64,000 bases of DNA, from assembly GCA_951406725.2 (NCBI GenBank), contig OX597815.1:146072001-146136000 (forward strand), written 5' to 3'. Both the position numbers and the translations under genes were made by a program. Source of the stretch: Octopus vulgaris. Lineage: Eukaryota. The notes under the pieces were generated by a model, which was not told the DNA's origin, searched no databases, and saw only the letters and a program-made list of their open reading frames with translations. Below, one piece after another: positions 23,840 through 37,796 of this stretch (position 1 is the stretch's first letter; each line of letters opens with the position of its first letter).

Positions 23840-26508
23840 CTATATCTATATGTATATACATATATATAAGGTATGCATGTATGTACACATTGTTATAGAA
23901 ACGAAATGAAGCCCTGCCTGCACACCAGTTAATGTTCAATCTAGATGATGCCAATACTCTGTAAATTACGCAAATTTTTCATTCCACTTTACTTTAACCT
24001 CTGTTATTAGATGGTTATAAGAAATGGATAATTAAAGAAAGCGTGCAGCTGTTGACAGAACTAGCAATTTAGTTGAAATATGCATGAGCAAAGTTTGCCT
24101 TCGCTAGAACTTACAGTATTGGCTAAAACCTCTACGGACGTATTCAATAGTTTATTATGATATAACGTATGCATTATTACGCGTGTTAGATTGTGCAACA
24201 TGTATTGTTGCATAATCTTGAATCACGCAAAAACCAGGTGGTTTTCTGAAATCGGGTGGCTTTATTCGTAACTTGCTTTAAGAATAGCACCTGACTCTTG
24301 CGTGATTTGCAAGCATTCGAGCTAGGTCTCCGGTACGAAGATATCTTAAGCCCTGCTTTCTACTAGCAAAGAAGAAACGGGAAAAATTGTTATGGCCAAT
24401 GCTATTCTTTCTCTACCTGCAGCAATAACGACAATAACAACTGTAGTTCTTAGTTTATTTGATTGTGGTAAGGACAATATTGTCTTTACAATAACTTTTC
24501 AAGAACAAAATGTATGATTGTAGGATGTAACGGAGATATTCAATGAGTTTGGCTCTGATTAAATTGGTAAAGATTTTACAACACTTATTTAACAGAATCG
24601 GTTTGAAACGGTTAGTATTTATTGTCAAAATAAATGATTAAATATCCAATTTTCACTGAATGTATTTATAATGTTGATCTTGTGCCAGAGCGCCTACACG
24701 GTTGAAAGGAGAGATTTATTGAACTGTGACAGGTAGGCACATATTCAGTATTTTAAAGTGAACATGAATGTGGAAGCTGTAATTGGAATTCAACTACGAG
24801 GAAATATCCATCGTTGCCAAAACATGAAAATAGACTGGTGCGTCTATCTCTGGGGGCAGGTGTGTACCTGTACAAACCACTTAACCGTTTACGCTATTGA
24901 CAAGAATTAAGTTTAATGCTAATAGTTAAGATTATTTAAGTGTACTTTCATTGCATAATATTTGTTAATAACTGGAAAATAATTTTGGCAAGTTTCACCA
25001 TTTTCCCCCGTGTCCAGAGTAGAAGAGGACATTATGTGAAAACTGTGAAATAATTGCTGTATATTGAGACTCATTATCAGAGAAGGAAGAATCTTTGAGA
25101 TTGATGTCATGAAGAAATAATAATGTTATAACTTTCTAAGTATTTTAAAATAAAATAACTATTTAACCGCTGGTATTAGTAGCTATGGTAGAAAAGGTTA
25201 GTAGGCTTGATTGACAAGAATCTAACGAAATATAAATAATCATGGTTTTTCGGATGTCAAACTCTGCTGTTATTTAATCGTTTCCCCAAATAAGTGTTTG
25301 CTATAATGTAATATCTAATCAGTACAAAACACGTTGGTTTATTGAGACAGACAAGTAATATTGAGACTACCAAGCAAATATACTTGCATCATAATTGAAA
25401 TGCCGACGCAGAACTGTATTCAGATACCTTCATGATTCTCAATAATCAGAGCTATCGATAAATTACACTTTAAAAGGAGTCCAATTGACAAATTATTAAA
25501 ATGCAAACAGCGATGTTGAGTTATTTGTTTCCGAAATAACATACAGAAGCGAGACAGGTATTCAAATTGTGTGATTCTCACAAAATCACTTCACCGAATT
25601 CTTCTATAATTCTTCTAATATTTATTGTTACAAAGTTATTTTATATATATACCAAATTGTCCGATGTCCTAAAAATAATTAAATAATCCTTTCGGCTAAA
25701 TATTTTGTACGTCAGTAAAGGTTTTATCTCCATGCGTTCGGTATATAAATAATTAAATAAGAACAGACATCTGAGCTATCTACACAAAAAATGAATACAT
25801 AGATTAGATATAACCTCTAGTGCTGTCAACTGTGAGCTAACTCTGTCCATGGCACCTATTTATAGCAAGGTTATCGACTCCTGAAAAGTTAGTGCATTTT
25901 CATTTCCATTCTTCATTATGCATTGTGCATTATGCATACGCAAATACGCGTTCCGAGTTGTTTAACTGAATTCTTCGTGGACGTTTACAATGGGCAAAGA
26001 TGCAACGCAATAATGTATATCTAATGTGTGTAAAATCCGTCAATGAGAGTAAATAGATTTTATAGATAAGTAGAAGATTTCGTATCTAAAAGCTGCGATT
26101 ATGATCGTCTTAATCGAATACCAAACTAAACAGTGTTTTGTGAGTGCGAGATCGAATCACTTCACGCGAGAATGAATGAATGACTGGCTCTATCTCTGTT
26201 AATATCCCATTCTTTCGTAAGTATATAATCTTCATTTTAAAGCAATGATCATTCAAGTATATATTTGTTCTAAGACCGTTACACAAACATAATCATTTGA
26301 TTAAGGAAGAAAATACAAGGAAACATCTTGTTTTAAATGTCTCTTGTAGCCGACGGAGCATTTCAACACAAGTTGTAATTACATTGGAAGCGAATATATG
26401 TTGGTTCTTTGATCTGGAAGATGTATATATATGTCTGAACGAACAATGTTTCGGTGTATTGTTCTACGTTTAATCAATTTAATATTTATAAATACATACA
26501 TACCCATA

Positions 26509-26550
<42 letters not shown>

Positions 26551-27166
26551 CAGAAGGAAAGGTAGATAGATATATAAATACAAACGCACGTACATGCTAA
26601 TATACACATGCACATATATATGTGCGTGTATATATATATATATATACGGATATAATCTTAACTCTACTAATATTGTTGGTTGTGTGTGGACAATTCATTT
26701 ATATAACATTTCTATTTATTTGAATTATTATTAAAACATTTCTTTTGCAAAGTTTATTTAGAGGGTAAGTGTTACTTTTTAGCTGCGTTTGCTTATAGTA
26801 GTCAACTGTCAATCCAATGTATTCCCCAAAGCCCTTAATATAGAAATATGTCATCTTCAAGAACCTCAGCTACAACATTCCCCTATTATAAAATGGGAAT
26901 GGAAGCGAGCAGAAAGTTTAAATTGATCTTTCATTCAATTAGATGTGAGCTGAATGTCCAGATAGATGGAACTATTTTGGAAAAGTATTGACCAAAATCT
27001 GTAAACGTTCTCAGAGTGGAATCTTTGTAGATTTTAGGATTTCTGTTAGTTAGAATATATTTTCATGTTTTAACGATTTTGTTCTATTGAAGTCTTGAGA
27101 CCAATGTAGCGTAAGAAACTATAAAGGAGATAAAAAAACATTGAATGACAGAGAGTTCAAAAGACT

Positions 27167-27390
27167 GCGGCGAGGTGGCAGAAACGTTAGCACGCCGGGC
27201 GAAATGCTTAGCGATATTTCGTCTTCTACGTTCTGAGTTCAAATTCCGTCGAGGTTGACTTTGCCTTTCATCCTTTCGGGGTCGATAAATTAAGTACCAG
27301 TTACGCACTGGGGTCGATGTAATCAACTTAATCCGTTTGTCTGTCCTTGTTTGTCCCCTCTGTCTTTAGCTCCTTGTAGGGAATAAAGAA
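27167..27390 (+). mobile_element. SINE family A, full length, with degenerate TSD
   Basis: Head GCGGCGAGGTGGCAGAAACGTTAGC; GAATGA..TCAAAAGACTG on both flanks. Confidence 0.9.
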
Positions 27391-28254
27391 TGAAGAAAGC
27401 TCAAAAGACTGAATATCAGGGACTTGAGGAATGACGATGACAGAGGCGTTCTAGAGAGCAGCAGTTCAAGAAAAGACGCTATTAGAATAAAAAGACCTTT
27501 ATCTAAGATGAAGCTCAACAAAGAAACGATGTACTTAGGAAGAGAAGCGGATGACGCGCTTTAAGGTTTTCACAGAGTGTTATAGAAAGCTCATCAGATC
27601 AATGATCGTGGAGATACTTATAAAAAGTGCGTTTTGACGATAAACCAAATACTTCAACTAAATAGAAAGAAGAGTCACCATGATGATAACTCGATTCTGA
27701 ATTCGATTAATTAAGACACCTAGTTAAGAAACTACGATATTCAGGTCGTATCGTATCCTGATTGAGATTTACTTAAAGAAAAGCCAAGATATTTGAAAAA
27801 AATTGAATCAGGTTATAATGGTAACTACGTAATATATGTGATGTTAGAGTATCCAGAATACATAGCATGGAAACTAAGTCTCTAGACATGTGATTGCTGG
27901 TTTTTTGTCATGCTGTTAATGCAACGAATTTAGAAAATATATTATTGTGATTACATGGGTGCGGTGTGTCTTCCACTATCCCGAAAATAACTCACATTTC
28001 GGAAGTAGACTCCTGACTAAATTATTTGTTTCATATGTTGAGACAAAGCTAGAAATTGTTCTAAGGGGATAGCTCAGTCAATGGTATAATCCCAGGTAAA
28101 TCCAAGCAGTATTTCGGCAGTATTTTGAATGATGCGTACATGTTGAAGTAGTTAGCTAGTATGTAAATTGTCTGCGTATTCTGTGAGTGAGTGGACAGAA
28201 GACAGAGGAGAAAGAAAGAAAGAAAGTAGTATTGGCTATTGGGGTCGGCCCCAA

Positions 28255-28680
28255 AAAAGTCAATCTCTGCTCTCTCCAACGCCGCCGGGAGCGTTACATA
28301 ATTTGTGTGATGTGTAAAATATTCCATCTATATTGCACAAATGATGTTGGCATCAATTTTAAAATCCATCCAAGACTTGGTCCCCGTGCTATTCGCCCAC
28401 TACAAAAATCGAACTCAGGACACATAGCAACATTACGTCACAATTACTTTATCTCAACCGGTCCAGCTCTCTTTAATACGACACCAAATTACGTCAAAAC
28501 CGAAACAGATCCCATAAAATTCGAAAGTTCATTGGACAAATTTCTTTAAAAAATCTCTGACCACCCTCTTATACCCAGATACGTCTCTAACAGTAATAAC
28601 TCTTTGCCAGAGTGGGCCATGGTGCCCCACATATGACTAAAAGACTTCACCACATGGTTAAAGATGGCCTGGGACTGAGA
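28255..28680 (+). mobile_element. CR1/Jockey-group LINE 3' end fragment
   Basis: LCSLQRRRERYIIC..RLGPRAIRP..FISTGPALFNTTP..FESSLDKFL..SDHP..NNSLPEW resembles the CR1-like ORF2 C-terminus. Confidence 0.75.
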
Positions 28681-29461
28681 GTGAAAGTAAAGTTAAACCA
28701 AGAGTCAAAATCAAAACCAATGAAAATAAACATTAAAAAATAGAAATAAAACTAAAAAGTATAAAGGTAGAGATAAGATGTCAGTATTATTCTTCGTAAG
28801 CGTCGGTTCGAGTTGACAGGAGGTGGAAGTTGTTTATGTGTATTAAATCTAGGTTAGGTGATAGGGATAGCTAAAACTAGATGCCTAGCTTAAGGGGATA
28901 TATATAGGGTAAAAGTACAAGTGAATGGATAAAGGATACAAATTAAAGAATTAAAATTTAAACCTTGATAGTTAAAAGTCAAATTAAAAAAATTTTAATT
29001 AACGGATTAGAAAAGTTAATGAATTAAAGCTAACTAATTTCTAAGATGATAGAGAAAGAAAAGGAGTTAGTTTCCATGAAAAGTTTTTAGTTATTTACTT
29101 TTGACGTGTCTGTCGATGTGGAAGAGGGGATAATGTGTCTACGTGTGTGTGTGTGTGTGTATGTGTGTGTGCGCGCGCGTGCGCGCGAGTGTTTTTGTGC
29201 ATGTATGCGTATGCGGCTAGGGCTCGTTATTACCTGCTTCATTTTTGTATGTAAAATCCGTAAATTTCGAAGAAGAAAACGTGATCATCGTTGAAAAGCC
29301 GTATTACAATAATTACTTGCCATATCGCAGTTCACTTACCGCGGTTCACCTATCGATGTTTATTATCCAAGCTTACGTCGATTCCTCCGTGATGTTGTTT
29401 TGCATTTATAATAAAATAAACATATTCAAATTATAAAAATTATAAAAAAAGAATGCACAGT

Positions 29462-29552
29462 GCAGTACTGTTTGTACATCGCGGATTTTCATATATCGCG
29501 GGGAGGAGGCGGATTGGAACGTAACTCCCGTGATAGTCGAGGGATTACTGTA
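29462..29552. mobile_element. Tigger/pogo-like DNA transposon end
   Basis: Reverse complement TA-CAGTAATCCCTCGACTATCACGGGAGTTACGTTCC resembles a Tigger-type TIR with a TA target. Confidence 0.55.
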
Positions 29553-30360
29553 GTTTTAACAGTCCATTGCCTACAGTTGACAAACACGTGCTGTCACGCA
29601 CAAAATCTTATTTTGTGAGTGGTTAAAAATGATCAAACTTTAAACTTCTGTCATTAATTTTTTTTTTTCAGTCACCAAAAATCTAAAATATTGCAAAGGA
29701 AGAAATGCAAATTAATACTTAATATTGATTAAAGAAACTGCAAAAGAAAGAAATATAAATGATACTGACTTCTATTAATTTTGAGCTAAATTAAACAAGA
29801 TCTGTTGAACCATACAACGCATTTTATGAAATTCATAAAATCATGTTTGAAATGGGAAATAAAGGAGTATAATATTACAGGTCAAACAGAATATGCTCTC
29901 GCTCGCACATTAGCTTCCTTTTCCACTTCGGTAGACACGTCAAAAGTAAATGGATAAAAACTTTTCATTGAAACTAACCAACGAATGACAAGTCGCGGGT
30001 GACAAAACGATTGATTGCCATATATGTCCTATGGAACGCCTTAATCCCTAACTCACCATTAAATAGATGTATAAGATATTATATGGAACAGAACAATATT
30101 CAACATCTCACAAGTTTATTAATATGCTTCAAAGTGCATATTTCCTTTCCTTTTCACCCTTTCTGCGAATATATATTCACGCGGAAGCAACTAAAAATAA
30201 AAATACACTGGCAAAATATGGATTCACACGAGATTTATCATTAACTATGTATTGTTTAGATTCTTGAAATTGTAAGAGAATGTAAGAAGAATATATTTTA
30301 ATATGATGAAAGCATACTCATTATTTTCATTGTTTATAATACAGGTAGCATCTTATACAT

Positions 30361-30399
<39 letters not shown>

Positions 30400-31262
30400 G
30401 TGTGTGCATACATATATGTATATATTTATGTGTGTGTGTATGTATATATTATATGTATATATAGATTTGTATGTATATGCGTATGAATGTATGTTTGTAA
30501 ATGTAATAATCGTTGTTATGCGTGTCTACATTAATAAACCATCCACAAATATATACAGACGAATATGGTGAAAGATTTAGTGAAACGAATATAAAAATAT
30601 ATATACAATTCTTGTTCTTACTGGAAAAATCTAGTTTTGCTGAGTTGCAGAAGTAGAAAATTTATTAATAAGTAAATAATTATAGGAAAAATTTTTTTTT
30701 CACTATTTTTGCTTCTCTTGTTTAGTTTTCTAAAAGCACTCCGTATTTCCTTTGCAATAGATTTTTCTGATTACCTTTGATCAATTATATTTAGTAATTT
30801 ACTTCTCGACATTTCCCATCTTGGGAATACATCATCAGCAATCAAGTTTACCTGACCTATATTTTCACCATTGAATGTGGTGAGATCTATTCAAGTAACT
30901 TTCTTTAAAGATTTAATTTACAGGAATTACTAAGTCTTCAGAGCTTCTTTTGATATCCTGGTTGAGAAAATCGAGTGAAAGCAGACGTCTGCCATAAAAA
31001 CTACAAATGTCTCCTATTAGAGTAAAAAAAAAAAAAAAAAGTATTACTTGTTCATTCAGTAAACGAAATGATTATAAAACAGAAACGCATTCATGAAACG
31101 TAGACTGTATAAGAGGTGTACAGTGGTGAGTGACCAGCTGCACCTCGTTGTAGACATCGTAAAGTGTTGGAGATGTTTGTGCATCGGGGTGTGTATGTGC
31201 AAATATACACATATACATTGCATACACCCCAACATACAGACAATATATCTACATACATGCAT

Positions 31263-31293
<31 letters not shown>

Positions 31294-31360
31294 TATATAT
31301 GGGGAGAGAGAGATAGAATGATATGTATAGATATATAATCACACACACACACACACACAA

Positions 31361-31401
<41 letters not shown>

Positions 31402-31740
31402 AAGAGAGAGAGAGCTATAGCTATAGATATATAATCACAAACATAGATACATACATATATCATATATACATATAAGATAGTGTGTACAGTTACATGCACT
31501 ACTTACGAATCGTAAGAGTGCTTGTATATAGTTATATGCGTATGTTACATGGGTATGGAGATACATGCAAATGCATGTATATGGATGCGTGTTTGTGTAT
31601 ACAGAGGTGTGTATACATGGAAATATATATACATATATATATATGTATATATACACATATGTATGTGTACGTGTGCTTCTATGTGCGAATGTCGGTTCTT
31701 GTGTAAATAAGTCTGTGCGTATTTTTATATTTACGTATAC

Positions 31741-31783
<43 letters not shown>

Positions 31784-31840
31784 GTATATATATATACATA
31801 TATTATCAGAAATGTATAGTATTAAATATCGATAACGGGT

Positions 31841-31925
31841 GATCTTACAAATCGGTTTCGAGTAAAGAATGCAATGGCGTATTAGGTGTGAATCTGATTA
31901 TATAATTTTACGTTCATCAGAGTTA
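31841..31925 (-). ncRNA. Degenerate hammerhead motif in a short element (31805-31985) between (TA)n tracts
   Basis: Minus strand aact-CTGATGA-acgtaaa..tttactc-GAAA-ccgatttg-TA-agat; core intact, stems partly mismatched. Confidence 0.55.
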
Positions 31926-31983
31926 GCCGATATGGAAGGGAATATGGTGACTGTTCTCTATTGTAGGAGGTGGTTTTTATAAA

Positions 31984-32114
<131 letters not shown>

Positions 32115-32534
32115 CAGTGTATGTACGAATGTAGGTATGCTCTGTGGTCATGAATCTCTGTCAATGTCCTTAGTACTTAAATATTTCGTCACATTTGGGG
32201 GGGGGGGGTTATATTTAGAGATATTCAACTCCTTTTTTTTTATTCATCCTTTCATCTAGCTACTTGGTGTTCCCGATTTAAAATAGGGTTTTAACTCACT
32301 CGTTCTTTTCCAGCGCCAGGTCTCGTTTCCAAAAATTGAATTAAAATACTGACCGTCAAAATACGCTCCTCTATCTCATTCCTTTCTCTAAACTCATTTT
32401 TCTTCAAATCGTGCTTTTTCTCTCTTTTTCTGATTCAACTCCCAATATTAATAAAGCTACTCATTTACTTTTTCATTTATTTTCCACTAATTTTTCTGTC
32501 GAACTCTCCTTTATTTCATTTTATTTTTTCTTAA

Positions 32535-33586
32535 ATATCATCAATTGGCGTCCCGACCCATCACACTGATAGGAATAAGCATATATGGTTTGTAATCCCC
32601 TTTGGTAAGCAGATTAGAACTAACCTCCCCCTCATGTTTAGACAAGCCATCGCCAATAACTTCCCCAGAAATTCCAAATATTACTCCACGGTTAACTCGC
32701 ATAAAGTTAGGATAGCTTTCTCCAACACTAAAAACCTCGCCCAGATAATCGCCTCCCATAATAATAGGCTACTTACTAAGACCCTATCAGCTTTTTCCGG
32801 AGGCACAGCCTCTTCCGCTCCCGGTTTAATGCTCAGTAGGAATAATTATAGTAGTAATAATGATATGAGAGCCAGTACAGTGACACATAATTTCAGCTCC
32901 AGCCAGGGAGTACCCACTAGGAGTATAGTTATAAATAGGGGTGTTGTGGTTGACGGTAACAATGGGAGTAGGGTAGAGAGCCCCAATAGCATCCCCAGCA
33001 TCATTTCCCGCAATAGCAGCACCACGGGCAGTAGCAATGACAGCACTCTGATAGATAGTGGAGAATCAGGGGTTATTCCTATAGTTAATAGTGACGTAGT
33101 GGAAAATAGAGTAGTAAGCGGCTGCAGGTCTCGGAACGAATATAGTGACAGGAACGCAGTTCTAATTTCAGAAACTAATCCTAGCAGAATAAGATTCACG
33201 TCGGCGAACTCCAAGATCAAAAACGCCGTCTACCAATGCAAGGTTTACACGGACTCAGATGTCTTCACTTATGTAGGGGCCTCATCCTCAAGATTGTCTT
33301 TGCGAGTCTCCAACCATTACGCAACTTTTCGGGACATGAACAAGCGCCAGACCACGGGACTCAGTAAGCTAATATGGCGACTGAAGGATACGAACTTAAG
33401 CTACAGGCTGGAATGGTCAATTTTGTCGGTGGCCCTCCCATTTGATAGGGGCAGAACCAGTGCAACCTTTGTGTCTCCGAACTCTTCCATATTTTGTTTG
33501 CCAGAGGCCGGATGGTAAACGGGCTTTTACAGTCGGCTTTTCGATGCCCCCATTGGCGGCGTTACACTTATCTGGCTTTTAAATAG
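32535..33586 (+). pseudogene. Penelope-like element ORF fragment: post-RT region, long Ser/Asn linker, GIY-YIG endonuclease; one frameshift near 33452
   Basis: HIWFVIPFGKQIRTN..NSHKVRIAFSNTKNLAQIIASHN; AVYQCKV..YVGAS..RVSNHYATF..TGLSKLIWRLK..LEWSIL; after the shift CNLCVSELFHIL..RCPH. Confidence 0.85.
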
Positions 33587-34182
33587 CGTTTATAAATAAT
33601 ACCGGCACTCATAGCCCTTGGTAACAAATTCTGAAATAGCCTTTAAGATATCTACGATTAACCACTGCAAGCGGAATTACTCCTGTAAGATAAACGGGGC
33701 TTGGTTTTTTTCACAACGGGGGGTTTCCTTGACAAGGCAGGCTTAGATGAACACACACACACACATAAAACATAATATATATATATATATTTTTTTTTTT
33801 CTGCCACCCAACGGTTCTCACTGCAGTAGCCACTGACAGCCGAACGATCAAACGCACACACGTACACAAAAAATGTTTTCTACCCCTACGCCAGCACACA
33901 CATATATAGAACAGTATACACACACACGTCTCTAAGTAGATTTTTTCTCGCCCCTTATAAAACATCCAATATTCCTTAAATAGTCAGAACTTTATTCTCG
34001 GTCACAAAGAACATCTACGCACCCTCACCCACATGATTGACCGATGCCTGACCCGTTAAATTCTTCAGCCACCGGTTCTCAACATACACTGATAAACAGT
34101 TTCGCCATGGGCTCTTAGGAGCCTAGTTCGATTTGTTTTGCTCCGCCTCTGTTCTGTTTTTGTTTTTTCCAACGGATTTCCT

Positions 34183-34273
34183 ATTTCTTCCTGAAGAGAA
34201 AGACACAATATGGTCCCATTATTCAATCGGATTTTGGTAAATTGTGCCTTTCGAAACACGTGTAGAATGAAAT
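34183..34273 (+). ncRNA. Hammerhead ribozyme downstream of the PLE ORF
   Basis: atttcttc-CTGAAGA-gaaagacacaat..attgtgcctttc-GAAA-cacgtg-TA-gaatgaaat; long stem II, palindromic stem III. Confidence 0.9.
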
Positions 34274-34889
34274 AAAACGATTTCTGTTCAATCTGCGTTC
34301 AGCTCCATTTCTTCAATTCACCAATTATATATATATATATATATATTTGTGTGTATATATATATATGTATATATGTGTGTATGCATGTGCATATGTACAG
34401 ACAATCATCATCATCTTCAACGTCCGTTAACCATGCTGGCATGCGTATATATATTCGTATGTTGAAGCATATATTGTTGTGTCTGTGGACACAATAACAT
34501 ATATAAACTATTGAAGAGGTCGCAAGAAGCAACGAAAATTTTAGAAAAAAACAAATAAGTAAATGACTGAAAATCGAACCACTGATTGTGTTAATTAAGA
34601 AAGCTTTAAAACAGAATGTCTCCGTCCAGATACAGAAAAAAAAATTATATATATTATATATATTATTTCTGTATTTTGTTATCTACTTATTGTTTGATGT
34701 ACTTATTCCTTTTGTATACCTTTGTCCTGTTAATTTCTATGATCTTCAGTCTTTACTGTCTTCCTTTATTTTCTCTCCACTTGCACCCCCTTCCGTTTTT
34801 TCCCTCCACCTCTTGCCTGCTTTATTTCTACTTCCTTTCCTAAATGACTATAAATTTCCTCGCTATGTCGAACTTCAGATATTTCATCT

Positions 34890-35430
34890 CTGTAACAGAC
34901 TGCAACAATATTCTATCTAGATCATTTCCATATTATAAAGGTAAATCTTTTTGCACGCTCTGTAACAATGAACTATATTTCATCCTCTTCTCAGTGAATC
35001 CTCTTGTTAACACGTTTAAAGAACCCGTTTATCGTTGCAAAAATTGGCAAAAAACATACTTCTAGTTTATATAAGTGATTTCTACCAATCTGTAAAATTC
35101 CACCTTTAACTGTCGTCTTTCATTCCATTTCCTCGAAATATATCTATTTCCAGGCCATTAACTTCTATTCCTATTCACCCATCGCACTATATTTCTCCAC
35201 TTTCAAGTACTTTTGAATCTCCTGCGACTGAAGAGTCCTTGTTGACACTGATGCATGTTACTAATGTCTTATGCTAGTGTTTGTGTATTTTTGTACACGT
35301 GTGTGTGTGTGTGTGTGTTTGTGTGTGTGTGCGTTATAGATACACATAGATGTTTTTTTTATATTCTTCGATTATTTTCAGCCCAAGAGCTGCGGGTATG
35401 CTGAGGGACCTCCGTCAGATTTGTTACACT
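34890..35430 (+). mobile_element. Second PLE fragment (GIY-YIG C-terminus and 3' non-coding region)
   Basis: ILSRSFPYYKGKSFCTLCNNELYFIL..VN..YRCKNW parallels the C-terminus at 33420-33586; 35205-35430 recurs inverted at 44358-44598. Confidence 0.7.
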
Positions 35431-35579
35431 CCGCCTCCTTCTCTTTCTATAAATTGCCTTTGACGTTATACGTATTAAGGTTTTTTGTAAATAAAAATAA
35501 CGTACCAGCGTTCCCTTCATCATATATGCAGTGATCATATTCGGTTAAAGTGTTTTATTGATGTGTTTTGTTTCTCTTT

Positions 35580-35666
35580 CTTTCCCTGATGAGAAGGTTG
35601 CATTGTTTTACATCATGTTATTGCTTCTGGAATAATACCAATGTTTACTTCGAAATATGTCAGAAG
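35580..35666 (+). ncRNA. Hammerhead motif, weak stems I and III
   Basis: tttcc-CTGATGA-gaag..cttc-GAAA-tatg-TC-agaag. Confidence 0.6.
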
Positions 35667-35870
35667 TATAAAGATTAGAATAACACCTGCGTTTAACTCC
35701 ATTTATTTATTTATCTATGTTACACAAAATCATTTCACCAAAACATGGAAAAATCTACCTTTATAAGTAGGTTGTTACATACTCGGTACTTTTGTGAATG
35801 TTTGCTACACAGGTAACTATTTACTTATTTTTTCCGTGCCAAATGTAAACATTGAAAAACTTCACATACA

Positions 35871-35934
<64 letters not shown>

Positions 35935-36213
35935 CCAACCACGTGTTCCCCCACAAAAATATTTTCTATTCTATATATACATATATATATATATAGGGAG
36001 ACAGAGAGAGAGAGAGATAGCAAATAAGTAACAACGATGTCCAGGTATAAGCGCATTACGGCCGTTTCAAGTGGCTCCATTTAATCGATCAATGCAAGCA
36101 TTAAATCAATTTGAAATACACAGCTCTCCTCGGAAGCATAAGACCACATAGGTGTTCAACATACAGAACACTACATTATAATATCTTAGTAAATTTTTCA
36201 TCCGAATGTTGAA

Positions 36214-36510
36214 GGCGCATGGCTTAGTCGTTAGCGTGTTGCACTCAGGATTACGAAATCGTGGGATTGATTCCAAGACCGGGCGTTGTGCTATGTTCTG
36301 GAGCAAAGCACATCATTTCACGTCGTTCTGCGATCATTTCGTCAGCTGACATGTGGCTCTCGTTGCACCTGTGTAGGTAATGCCGATCTGAGGGAGGATG
36401 TGACTTTATGTCTACATTTGATCGCTATAAACAAATCTTCTGTGTGGCTGTTCGGTAAGGAATTGTCAATCCCTCATACATCGTCTAACGACGGAAGGGT
36501 CCATCATATG
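36214..36510 (+). mobile_element. Diverged tRNA-derived SINE
   Basis: GGCGCATGGCTTAGTCGTTAGCG head, GATTGATTCC B-box-like, CORE-like GTTCTGGAGCAAAGCACA. Confidence 0.65.
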
Positions 36511-36710
36511 AAATAGTAATGAAATTTTTTTGTCCTCCTAAAAAAAGATTTACTCTGCCTTTGGAATTTCTACCCTAATTCCTCCTCTTACTTTTGCGCC
36601 AATGCATACGTATGTGCATATGCATACATATGAATATATGTACAAGTGTGCTTTTGTATATACATATTTAAACACAGACACACACATGCATTCATACACT
36701 CACAAACACA

Positions 36711-36755
<45 letters not shown>

Positions 36756-36815
36756 TTCTTTTACATTATATCAGCCTGCATACCTCGCTACTCCACATTC
36801 ATGCAATCTCTAAAT

Positions 36816-36940
36816 CAGGGGTCGGGGAACTTTTTTGACCAACTACCCCAGAATATATTTACTTAAACTGACGTTATCCCTTGATTTGAAAGGAATAAAA
36901 TCAAAGAATCTTTGAATTCAAAAGTTTTATTGAATCTATT
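36816..36940 (+). mobile_element. Possible hAT-type transposon end
   Basis: CAGGGGTCGGGGAACTTTTT resembles hAT/Charlie TIRs; no partner end found. Confidence 0.35.
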
Positions 36941-37031
36941 TATATGGAGAATACAGCTATAAGTGTAAAAAGTATAAAACAAACGCAATGAAATAAATTA
37001 ATAACCTCATTAAGAAACAAAAGGTATTTTC

Positions 37032-37081
<50 letters not shown>

Positions 37082-37279
37082 CATATATATATATATGCAT
37101 ACATATATATATATATGCATACATATATATATGCATACATATATATATATATATGCATACATATATATGCATACATATATATACATGTATATATATATAC
37201 ATATATATATATACATATATATACATACATACATATATATATATATACATGCATATATATATATATATATATATATACA

Positions 37280-37319
<40 letters not shown>

Positions 37320-37335
37320 CAAGCGCGCGCACGCG

Positions 37336-37367
<32 letters not shown>

Positions 37368-37671
37368 CACAGACACACATGGTTTTAACTTGCTTGTTTT
37401 ATCTGTTTAAAATCAGACCTGCAGATGTTGGATTTATGCTACCGTGTAGTAAGTTTTAATCCCATCTCTGCCTTTTATTTTTATACCTACGCTGCACCTT
37501 GAACCAACTCTACGGTTTATGTTGAATCTCTACTTACACATCTTCATAATTACCAGCATATGATACCTCATGGTCGTTTTACCTAACTTTGAAACCCCAT
37601 GTTATGATACCTAGCCACGTGTGGCGTCTTACGTGTCGCTGCGCCTAGATCCTAAGAAATTCTGTAATTAA

Positions 37672-37734
<63 letters not shown>

Positions 37735-37761
37735 TATATATATACATACATATGTATGCAC

Positions 37762-37796
<35 letters not shown>

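Noticed and set aside
27560-27600. Other CTGATGA occurrences (27592 minus, 399 minus, 56299 plus)
   Set aside because: No compatible stems or correctly placed GAAA..UH; not counted as HHRs
32846-33220. 124-aa Leu/Thr-rich minus-strand ORF
   Set aside because: Antisense shadow of the Ser/Asn linker of the PLE ORF
36940-37459. Long YI/CV/HT-rich ORFs here and throughout (e.g. 41804-42520, 54306-54981, 59227-59691)
   Set aside because: Translations of TA/TG/CA microsatellites that lack stop codons; not genes
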